Source of the DNA: Candidatus Binatus sp.
Lineage (GTDB): Bacteria; Desulfobacterota; Binatia; Binatales; Binataceae
Assembly: GCA_050010075.1 (NCBI GenBank)
Contig: JBEKLS010000003.1
Span: 1-60,331 of the forward strand
Reading direction: 5' to 3'
DNA: 60,331 nucleotides
Positions 53,386 through 60,331 of the stretch are shown here, in pieces. The position numbers and the translations under genes were made by a program. Position 1 is the first letter of the stretch; every line of letters starts with the position of its first letter. The notes beneath the pieces are model-generated. The model made no database searches, had not been told where the DNA came from, and saw only the letters and a list, made by a program, of their open reading frames with translations.

Positions 53386-54606
53386 ATGAGCGGAGCAATC
53401 GAGACGCCAGCGGCGCCGGATTTCTACTTCAATCCATGGGACGAGAATTTCCGCGCCAATCCGTATCCGCATTATCGCCCTCTGCTCGACGGGCCGCCGC
53501 GAATCGCCGACATGGGGTTCAAATTCGTGCTGGCCGCGCGCTATGCCGATGTGCGCTCGATCCTGATGGACTACGCGACCTTCACGAGCGTGCAGCCGGC
53601 CGGGATGGGATTCGACGAGCAGACGAAACTGTTCGGCGATGCGCCGACGATGTTGGGCTCCGATCCCCCGACGCAGACGCGCCTGCGCCGGCTGGTCTCG
53701 CGCGATTTCACACCCCGCCGAATCCGCGAGCTCGAGCCGCGCATCCGCGAGATCGCAAAAAATCTGCTCGACGCCGCGGAGCGCAGCGGCGAGTTCGACG
53801 TGATGGCCGACCTCGCCAACCCCTTGCCGGTCATGGTGATTAGCGATTTGCTCGGCGTGCCGCCGGAGGAATATCGCCAGTTCAAAAATTGGTCGGACAA
53901 GATAATCGAGGCCGACAACACTCTGCCCGGGATGCCGATGCCCGACGAGATCAAGACTGCCTTCACGGAGCTGAAGGAATACTTCCTCGCGGAGATAGAC
54001 CGGCGCCGCAAGCATCCGGGACCGGACCTGGTGAGCGCGCTGGTCGCGGCGCATGACGAAGCCGAAGCGCTGAGCGCCGACGAGTTGCTCCAGTTCGTCG
54101 TGCTGCTGCTGCTGGCCGGCAATGAGACGACGACCAACCTGATTGGCAACGGGATGCTTGCGCTGGGACGCAATCCCGGCGCGTTGACGGCGCTGCGCGC
54201 GAAGCCCGAGCTGATGCGCGGTGCGATCGAGGAGATGCTGCGGTACGACGGCCCGGTGCAGTCCACGTTCCGCACGGCGACGAAAGACACGACGGTCGGT
54301 GGTACGCCGATCGCGGCAGGGATGGGCGTGTTCGTAATCGTCGCGGCGGCGAATCGGGACGCGGCGCAATTCAAGGATCCCGAAAGATTCGACATTACGC
54401 GCGATCCGAATGATCACGTCGCGTTCGGCGAGGGAATCCATTTCTGTATCGGCGCGCCGCTAGCGCGAATGGAAGGATCGATCGCGATCAGCAGTGCGCT
54501 CGAGCGCTTCCCGCATCTTCGGCTGAAAGAACCCGACGCTCCGTTGACCTACAAGGGCTCGTATTTTCTGCGCGGGCTAAGCCGGCTCGAAATGGCGCTG
54601 AAGTGA
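53386..54606 (+). CDS. cytochrome P450, tandem copy 1
   Basis: ATG at 53386 preceded by AGGAGG. DPPTQTRLRRLVSRDFTPRRI. I-helix LLLAGNETTTN. EXXR EEMLRYD. Cys loop FGEGIHFCIGAPLAR. Confidence 0.93.
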   Translation: MSGAIETPAAPDFYFNPWDENFRANPYPHYRPLLDGPPRIADMGFKFVLAARYADVRSILMDYATFTSVQPAGMGFDEQTKLFGDAPTMLGSDPPTQTRLRRLVSRDFTPRRIRELEPRIREIAKNLLDAAERSGEFDVMADLANPLPVMVISDLLGVPPEEYRQFKNWSDKIIEADNTLPGMPMPDEIKTAFTELKEYFLAEIDRRRKHPGPDLVSALVAAHDEAEALSADELLQFVVLLLLAGNETTTNLIGNGMLALGRNPGALTALRAKPELMRGAIEEMLRYDGPVQSTFRTATKDTTVGGTPIAAGMGVFVIVAAANRDAAQFKDPERFDITRDPNDHVAFGEGIHFCIGAPLARMEGSIAISSALERFPHLRLKEPDAPLTYKGSYFLRGLSRLEMALK

Positions 54607-54770
54607 AGCCGCGGGACTGCGTGCAGCCGCGTTGATGCACCTGCACGGGATGAAAACGCGCGTGATTATCTAGGGCGGAGCGATGGCATCGCGATTGCTC
54701 CGTCTAACGCCGCACGGACTCGCAACGATGGCCCGGTCAAAATGAAATCAATCGAAGAGGTAATCTCAAC

Positions 54771-55976
54771 ATGAACCAGGCCGCCGAACAAATTTATTTC
54801 AACCCCTGGGATCCCGCGTTCCGCGCCAACCCGTATCCGCATTACAAGCCGTTGCTCGCAGGTCCGCCGCGGATTCTCGATTTGTTCGGGCCGACTGCAA
54901 TGATCACGCGCTACGCTGACGTGACGGCCGTGCTGCGCGACCATGCGCACTTCTCGAGCGTGCGGCCACGCGACCCCAGCGAACCGCCGAACGAGGGACC
55001 GTTTGGCGGCGCGCGCACGATGCTGTTTTCCGATCCTCCATTGCATTCGCGGCTGCGGCGCCTCGTCTCGCGCGACTTCACGCCGCGCCGAATCCGCGAG
55101 CTCGAGCCGCGAGTCCGCGAGATCGCCAAAAATCTTATCGACGCCGCGCAGCACAAGGGCGAGCTCGAAGTGATGAGCGGGATTGCGAACGCGCTGCCGG
55201 TGATGGTTATCGCGGAGATGCTCGGCGTGCCGCCCGATCATTACCAGCAGTTCAAGCACTGGTCCGACACGGTGGTGACGGGCGACAATACTCTGCCCGG
55301 AACGCCGCTGCCGGAGGAGTTTCACTCGGCGACGAAAGCGCTGCGCGACTATTTTGCCGACGAGATCGAGCGGCGCCGCAAGACGCCCGGCCCCGACCTG
55401 ATCAGCGCGCTGGTCGCCGCTCACGACGATGCCGAAGCGATGAACGCCGACGAGTTGCTCGCGTTCGTGCTGCTCCTGCTGCTCGCCGGCAACGAGACCA
55501 CCACCAATCTGATCGGCAACGGGATGCTCGCGCTCGGACGCAATCCCGCGCAGATGGACCTGCTGCGCAACAGCCCGGAGCTGATGCCGCGCGCGGTCGA
55601 AGAGATCCTGCGCTACGACGGACCGGTGCAATCGACGATTCGCTTCACCACGGAAGACTTCAACCTCAGTGGGACCGAGCTGCCGGCCAAGCAGGGATGC
55701 TTCATTATCCTCGCCGCGGCGAATCGCGACCCGGCGCAATTCGAGGATCCCGATCGTTTCGACATCACGCGCGAGCCGCGCGATCACGTCGCGCTGGGCG
55801 AGGGTATCCACTTCTGCATCGGCGCACCGCTGGCGCGGATGGAAGGTGCGATCGCGATCGCCGAGATGGTCGAGCGTTTCCCGCGCCTGCGTTTGCAGGA
55901 TCCTGCGGCGCCGGTGACCTACAAGGGTTCATACTTCCTGCGCGGCCTGGCGTCGCTCGCGATGGCGACTGACTGA
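54771..55976 (+). CDS. cytochrome P450, tandem copy 2
   Basis: 401 aa. Same motif set as copy 1, but the Cys loop reads LGEGIHFCIGAPLAR (Leu in place of the usual Phe). Confidence 0.93.
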   Translation: MNQAAEQIYFNPWDPAFRANPYPHYKPLLAGPPRILDLFGPTAMITRYADVTAVLRDHAHFSSVRPRDPSEPPNEGPFGGARTMLFSDPPLHSRLRRLVSRDFTPRRIRELEPRVREIAKNLIDAAQHKGELEVMSGIANALPVMVIAEMLGVPPDHYQQFKHWSDTVVTGDNTLPGTPLPEEFHSATKALRDYFADEIERRRKTPGPDLISALVAAHDDAEAMNADELLAFVLLLLLAGNETTTNLIGNGMLALGRNPAQMDLLRNSPELMPRAVEEILRYDGPVQSTIRFTTEDFNLSGTELPAKQGCFIILAAANRDPAQFEDPDRFDITREPRDHVALGEGIHFCIGAPLARMEGAIAIAEMVERFPRLRLQDPAAPVTYKGSYFLRGLASLAMATD

Positions 55977-55988
55977 GCGGCGATCATC

Positions 55989-57179
55989 ATGGCGGTTTAT
56001 TTTAATATCTGGGATCCCGAATTTCGGGCGAACCCTTACGCGCACTATGCTCCGCTGCTGGCAGGACCGCCGCAGCTTCTCACCGTCGGTCCGATGACCT
56101 TCGCGCTGGTGGCGCGCTACCCCGACGTCACTGCCGGCCTGCGCGACCATGAGCATCTGTCGAGCGTCGGTCCGCCGCCTCCGCCGCAGGCCTATCAGGG
56201 ACGCTTCGCCGGCGCGCGCAATATGCTGGGATCCGATCCCCCGCAACACTCGCGCCTGCGCCGGCTGGTGTCGCGCGATTTCACGCCGCGGCGAATTCGC
56301 GAGCTCGAGCCGCGCATCCGCGAGATCGCAAAGGAACTGCTCGACAAGGTTGAGACCAGGGGCACCTTCGACGTGATGGCGGATCTCGCAAACGTGCTGC
56401 CGGTCACGGTGATCGCGGAGATGCTCGGTGTGCCGCCGAAACTGAACGCGACCTTCAAGCGTTGGTCGGACAGGATCATCGGCGACGGCAACAATACACC
56501 CGGCAATCCGCCCGCGCCCGAAGTGGTGCGCGTGGTCGACGAGCTCGGCGACTACTTCACCGCGGAAATCGAAAAGCGGCGCGCCAATCCTGGTCCCGAC
56601 CTCGTCAGCGCCCTCGTCGCGGCGCATGACGAAGGCGACGTGATGTCGGCGGCGGACCTGCTGAGCTTCATCACGCTGCTGCTGGTCGCCGGCAACGAGA
56701 CGACGACCAATCTGATCGGCAACGGCATGCTCGCGCTCGGGCGCAATCCGGATCAGTTGGACGCGCTCAAGCACAATCCCGCGATGCTGCCGCGCGCGAT
56801 CGAAGAGATGCTGCGATACGACGGACCGGTGCAATCGACGGTGCGATTTACGAAAGAGCCGGTGCAGCTCGGCGGCGCCGAGATTCCCGCGGGAGCGTTT
56901 GCGCTGATGATCGTCGCGGCCGCGGATCGCGATCCGGCGCAATTCAAGGAACCTGAAAAATTCGACATCACGCGCGATCCGAACGATCACGTCGCGTTCG
57001 GCGAGGGCATTCACTTCTGCATCGGCGCGCCGCTCGCGCGGATGGAGGCACGGATCGCGTTTGAGGCGATGCTCGAGCGCTTCCCGCGGCTGCGGCTGAA
57101 AGATCTCGCGATGAAACCGGTTTACAAAGGCTCGTACTTCCTGCGCGGCCTCGAATCGCTGCCGGTAGCGATCGATTAA
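55989..57179 (+). CDS. cytochrome P450, tandem copy 3
   Basis: 396 aa. DPPQHSRLRRLVSRDFTPRRI, LLVAGNETTTN, EEMLRYD, FGEGIHFCIGAPLAR. Starts 12 bp after copy 2. Confidence 0.93.
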   Translation: MAVYFNIWDPEFRANPYAHYAPLLAGPPQLLTVGPMTFALVARYPDVTAGLRDHEHLSSVGPPPPPQAYQGRFAGARNMLGSDPPQHSRLRRLVSRDFTPRRIRELEPRIREIAKELLDKVETRGTFDVMADLANVLPVTVIAEMLGVPPKLNATFKRWSDRIIGDGNNTPGNPPAPEVVRVVDELGDYFTAEIEKRRANPGPDLVSALVAAHDEGDVMSAADLLSFITLLLVAGNETTTNLIGNGMLALGRNPDQLDALKHNPAMLPRAIEEMLRYDGPVQSTVRFTKEPVQLGGAEIPAGAFALMIVAAADRDPAQFKEPEKFDITRDPNDHVAFGEGIHFCIGAPLARMEARIAFEAMLERFPRLRLKDLAMKPVYKGSYFLRGLESLPVAID

Positions 57180-57198
57180 TTCTCAGTAGCTAGTCCCA

Positions 57199-58515
57199 AT
57201 GACCGATCCCGCCACCGCGCTTGAGCTGAATCCCGTCGCTGACGACGAAGAACGCAAGAGCGTCCGTCTTGGGTTCCTGGGCAAGACGCCGCCCTTCACG
57301 AAGCGGCAGCGCCGCGTGTTCTGGATCGCGTCAACCGCGGGATTTTTCGATCAATACGATCGCGCGCTCTTAAGTCTCGCGCTCAAGCAGATCCAGACCG
57401 GCCTCAAGATCGCCGAGTCGCATTTGGGCGCGATGCTCTCGCTGGTGCGGCTGGGCTATTTGCTGTCCCTGCTGATGACTCCCTTTGCCGACGTGTTCGG
57501 CCGCCGCCGCTTGCTGCTCTACACGGTCTTCGGTTACACGATTTTCACCGGCCTCATCGCGATCGCGCCGGGCGAGCGAACCTTCGTCGTGTTCGAGATA
57601 ATCGCACGCGCATTCGCAGGCGCTGAAGCTGCAATCGCGATGGTGATAGTTGCCGAGGAAGTTGACGCCGCCCACCGTGGATGGGCGATCGGGCTGCTCG
57701 GCGCAGTTTCAAATATCGGCTATGGCCTCGCCGCGGTCGTGTTCGCATTCGTCAACGTCATTCCCTACGGATGGCGCGGGCTCTATGCGATCGCGCTGGT
57801 GCCTCTGGTACTGATCATTCCGCTGCGCCGCATGCTGCCAGAAAGCACGCGCTTCGAGAAGGAAAAGCTCGAAGGCCTGCGGCCGGTGAAAATCTGGGAG
57901 CCGCTCGCACAGCTATACCGCGCCTACCCAGGCCGGCTCATGATGATGCTGTCGATCGCGTTCCTGAGCTCGATGGGCGGCAACGCGGCCGGCTTTCTGT
58001 TTCCCAAGTTTCTGCAGGACGCGCATCATTGGTCGCCGGCCAACGTTTCGTCTTTGTTTCTGTTCGGCGGCGCGCTCGGAATAATGGGCTCGATCGTCGC
58101 TGGCAGGCTAAGCGATCGTTACGGGCGGCGCGTGATGGGCACGGCGTTCCTTCTCCTCTCGCCAATCCTAACTATCTGGATGTACACGGCGCCGGGTCAA
58201 TCAATTGTACCGGCCTGGATCCTGGAAACCTTTTTCGACATCGCGTCGGGCATGATCCTAAACGCGTACAGCGCGGAGTTGTTCCCCACCTCGTATCGCT
58301 CGACCGCCGGCAGCGCGCTCGCGGTCGCAGGCACCACCGGCGGCGCGCTCGGACTGTTCCTCGAGGGCGTGCTGTACAATCTCACCGGCTCGCACGCGCG
58401 CGCGGTCTGCTACCTGACGGTCTTCTGGATCGTCTCACCGGCGATCATGTGGTTTCTGCCCGAGACCTCCGGCCGCGAGCTCGAAGACATCTCGCCTGAA
58501 GCAAACGCGGTCTGA
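57199..58515 (+). CDS. MFS transporter (metabolite/sugar-porter-like)
   Basis: 438 aa. ADVFGRRRLLLYTVFGYTIF and SDRYGRRVMG loop motifs (the MFS GRR signature in both halves). Starts 19 bp after P450 copy 3. Confidence 0.88.
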   Translation: MTDPATALELNPVADDEERKSVRLGFLGKTPPFTKRQRRVFWIASTAGFFDQYDRALLSLALKQIQTGLKIAESHLGAMLSLVRLGYLLSLLMTPFADVFGRRRLLLYTVFGYTIFTGLIAIAPGERTFVVFEIIARAFAGAEAAIAMVIVAEEVDAAHRGWAIGLLGAVSNIGYGLAAVVFAFVNVIPYGWRGLYAIALVPLVLIIPLRRMLPESTRFEKEKLEGLRPVKIWEPLAQLYRAYPGRLMMMLSIAFLSSMGGNAAGFLFPKFLQDAHHWSPANVSSLFLFGGALGIMGSIVAGRLSDRYGRRVMGTAFLLLSPILTIWMYTAPGQSIVPAWILETFFDIASGMILNAYSAELFPTSYRSTAGSALAVAGTTGGALGLFLEGVLYNLTGSHARAVCYLTVFWIVSPAIMWFLPETSGRELEDISPEANAV

Positions 58516-58568
58516 TTTCCAGCGACTCATCGACGCGCTACATTTGCGGCGAGGCATCACGAGCAGAG

Positions 58569-59039
58569 TTGTACCGCCGCTTGCATATCCGATTCAGATA
58601 TTTTGCACTGATTGCCGCTCTGCTCGCGCTGCTCGGATGCGCGCGCGGACCGTGCGTCACGATAGTCGCGCCCGACGGCACGACGCGCGCGACGGTCGCA
58701 ATCGAAGTGGCAAACACGACCGAGCAGCGCGAGCGTGGCCTGATGTTTCGCAATCATCTCGACGACAATGCGGGGATGATTTTCGTTTTTCCGGATTCGG
58801 CGCCGCGAGATTTCTGGATGCACAACACCGAGATCCCGCTCGACATGATTTTCGTGGACTCGTCATTCCGGGTGACCGGAATCGTGGCCAATGCGGCCCC
58901 CGAGACCGATTCGCTGCGCGGCGTACAGGGCGCGTCGCAGTACGTGCTCGAAGTAAACGGCGGCTTCTGCGCAAAAAACGGCATCAAACCAGGCGACCAC
59001 TTCAATTTCATAAACTTCTATCCCCACGCCTCCGAATAG
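58569..59039 (+). CDS. DUF192 domain protein (probable lipoprotein)
   Basis: 156 aa. Lipobox LLGC. ERERGLMFRNHLDDNAGMIFVF...FWMHNTEIPLDMIFVD is the DUF192 core. TTG start (58569 or 58581), so the start is uncertain. Confidence 0.8.
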   Translation: MYRRLHIRFRYFALIAALLALLGCARGPCVTIVAPDGTTRATVAIEVANTTEQRERGLMFRNHLDDNAGMIFVFPDSAPRDFWMHNTEIPLDMIFVDSSFRVTGIVANAAPETDSLRGVQGASQYVLEVNGGFCAKNGIKPGDHFNFINFYPHASE

Positions 59040-59081
59040 CCGGCGCTTTAACGAGCTGCGCTCACGGAGTAACATGTAGTT

Positions 59082-59276
59082 GTGCGCAAGAAGGTTGTAA
59101 TCCGAACGCCATTCCCTACTGCGGAAGATCTCGCTGAGACTTATGGCATTTCGAAAACCAGAATGCGCAAGCTGAAAGCCCTCGCAGCGGAAATCATCGC
59201 TGGCAGCTCAACGAAGTCTCGGCCAATGCCTACCCATCAAATGAAGCGTGGACGGAGAGCCAGTTCACCCGCTTGA
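59082..59276 (+). CDS. small hypothetical protein with HTH-like segment and basic tail
   Basis: 64 aa, GTG start. TAEDLAETYGISKTRMRKLKAL resembles a helix-turn-helix. C-terminus is Lys/Arg/Ser-rich. Visibly less GC-rich than the neighbouring genes. Confidence 0.4.
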   Translation: MRKKVVIRTPFPTAEDLAETYGISKTRMRKLKALAAEIIAGSSTKSRPMPTHQMKRGRRASSPA

Positions 59277-59309
59277 AGTCGCGCGTCCTAAGTCAAGGCT
59301 AATCGCGCG

Positions 59310-59963
59310 ATGCGCAAGCGCGCTGAGCAAGAATCTGCATTTCTAAATATTCCCTACGACCAGCATTACGAGCCGTTATATCTGGCGTTCATCGCCGGCT
59401 TGTCCGGTTTCGGCCTTGTGCCCCGGGCGACAGTCGAGATCCCAACCAGCGACCGTAGGCTTGACCGAATCATGAAGCTGATACGAGACTGCCGCTATTC
59501 GTTTGACGATCTGTCGCGCGTCCAGGTCGATCGTATGAAGCCGTCTACGCCCCGATTTAACATGCCTTTCGAGTTGGGACTCGCCGTCGATTGGTCGTTA
59601 GATGCCAGTCCGAGGCACGAATGGTTTGTGTTTGAATCGAAGGCGAACCGGCTACAGAAGTCTTTGAGCGATCTGAATAGGACCGATCCGTATATTCACG
59701 GCGACAAAGCACCTGGAGTTCTTCACGGATTGATGAACGCTCTGACCCGACAGAATCGTCGTCCCGGTTTTGCGGAGCTTGATTCGATTTATCGAGCCCT
59801 ACGCGAGGCGGCTCACAAGATTCGCCTGGAAGGAGGTCACAGCCTGTTCGAAGCCCGACCCTTTCAGGATCTTTCTGTCCTGGCGCGTGAGTTGGCGCAG
59901 GACCGAATCTCGTCGCTTCGTCGTAGTGAGAGGGTCACAGAGTTCTTCCGCCGAGCGCTTTAA
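59310..59963 (+). CDS. hypothetical protein, no family recognised (N-terminal half reminiscent of TIR-like/Rossmannoid fold pattern)
   Basis: 217 aa, ATG start, good-length ORF. FLNIPYDQHYEPLYLAFIAGLSGFGLVPRA...RLDRIMKLIRDCRYSFDDLSRV...PRFNMPFELGLA. Helical C-terminal half. Confidence 0.6.
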   Translation: MRKRAEQESAFLNIPYDQHYEPLYLAFIAGLSGFGLVPRATVEIPTSDRRLDRIMKLIRDCRYSFDDLSRVQVDRMKPSTPRFNMPFELGLAVDWSLDASPRHEWFVFESKANRLQKSLSDLNRTDPYIHGDKAPGVLHGLMNALTRQNRRPGFAELDSIYRALREAAHKIRLEGGHSLFEARPFQDLSVLARELAQDRISSLRRSERVTEFFRRAL

Positions 59964-60056
59964 CCGCCAGCGTACTTGCGGTATCTATTCTTGCCGTGGC
60001 GCGTGATGGGCGCCTTTTTGTTTGCCGTTTATCCTGATTTATCGCGGGTTTGACAA

Positions 60057-60331
60057 ATGGCCCTTAAAGAAAATCTCGAACGACTTCAGCAGCTCACGCG
60101 CGAGGCGGAGGCCGCCGGCGGCGCCGATCGCGTCAAGAAACAACGCGCCCAGGGCCGCATGACCGCGCGCGAGCGCGTCGAATTCCTGCTTGACCGCGGC
60201 TCGTTCGTCGAGATCGACAAATTCAAGACGCATCGAATCACCGACTTCGACATGGCCGAGAAGAAAGTTCCCGGCGACGGCGTCGTGACCGGTTACGGCA
60301 CGATCGACGGCCGCCAGGTATGCATCTTCAG
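60057..60331 (+). CDS. acyl-CoA carboxylase carboxyltransferase (beta) subunit, N-terminal part (runs off the window end)
   Basis: Own translation from the ATG at 60057: MALKENLERLQQLTREAEAAGGADRVKKQRAQGRMTARERVEFLLDRGSFVEIDKFKTHRITDFDMAEKKVPGDGVVTGYGTIDGRQVCIF. This is the classic propionyl-CoA carboxylase beta / methylmalonyl-CoA carboxyltransferase N-terminus. Absent from the ORF track because it is open-ended. Confidence 0.85.
   Translation, partial: MALKENLERLQQLTREAEAAGGADRVKKQRAQGRMTARERVEFLLDRGSFVEIDKFKTHRITDFDMAEKKVPGDGVVTGYGTIDGRQVCIF

Noticed and set aside
53320-57014. Three long minus-strand ORFs (373, 381 and 361 aa) lying antisense to the three P450 genes
   Set aside because: They mirror the P450 reading frames. 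Their composition is extremely Arg/Ala/Gly/His-rich with no recognisable motifs. The plus strand carries complete canonical P450 signatures. This is the typical stop-codon-poor antisense frame of GC-rich DNA.
58544-59137. 197-aa plus-strand ORF overlapping the DUF192 gene in another frame
   Set aside because: Its translation is Arg-rich and low in complexity. The alternative frame gives the clear DUF192 core motif and a lipobox.

Overview
GC-rich bacterial chromosomal window (third codon positions are mostly G/C, so long spurious antisense ORFs are common). TolC-family, RND and lipoprotein genes indicate a Gram-negative (diderm) organism. All family calls come from reading motifs in the supplied translations; no database search was run. 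Note that the ORF track renders GTG/TTG starts as M. I checked most start codons in the DNA and trimmed several N-terminal extensions.

Gene content, in order:
- A small secreted-protein gene broken by a perfect 29-bp tandem duplication.
- A Usp gene plus an RND efflux operon (RND, MFP, TolC-like).
- About 1.6 kb with two probable gene relics (terminase-like and KAP P-loop-like) flanking an NTF2-like gene.
- TetR and an alpha/beta hydrolase.
- An EmrAB-type MFS pump operon ending in a small PKD-domain protein.
- A cassette of two NTF2/SnoaL-like genes, a cupin and an NmrA-family gene.
- A minus-strand run arsR, SRPBCC, GST, PhnZ-like HD protein, tRNA-Ser(GGA), TauD-family dioxygenase.
- Nitronate monooxygenase; queE and larC (4-bp overlap); dksA; galU; tRNA-Ala(CGC).
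- A Cai-like CoA operon: cyclase, two class III CoA-transferases, crotonase, acyl-CoA dehydrogenase.
- A visibly less GC-rich three-gene segment bracketed by ~165-bp direct repeats, one of which is an orphan 3' fragment of the neighbouring hydrolase gene.
- Two methyltransferases, three LLM/F420-type oxidoreductases, and two paralogous glycogen phosphorylases.
- Further GSTs and hydrolases.
- A TetR gene, three tandem cytochrome P450 genes and an MFS gene.
- DUF192, then a visibly less GC-rich two-gene module of unknown function, then the start of an acyl-CoA carboxylase beta subunit.

No CRISPR array, integrase, transposase or reverse transcriptase was recognised.

Most interesting candidates:
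- The redox-partner-less triple-P450 cassette.
- The HD-oxygenase/TauD pair split by a tRNA.
- The unknown 64-aa + 217-aa module at 59.1-60.0 kb.
- The repeat-bracketed insertion at 30.9-33.2 kb.
- The Cai-like operon with paired CoA-transferases and a cyclase-family enzyme.
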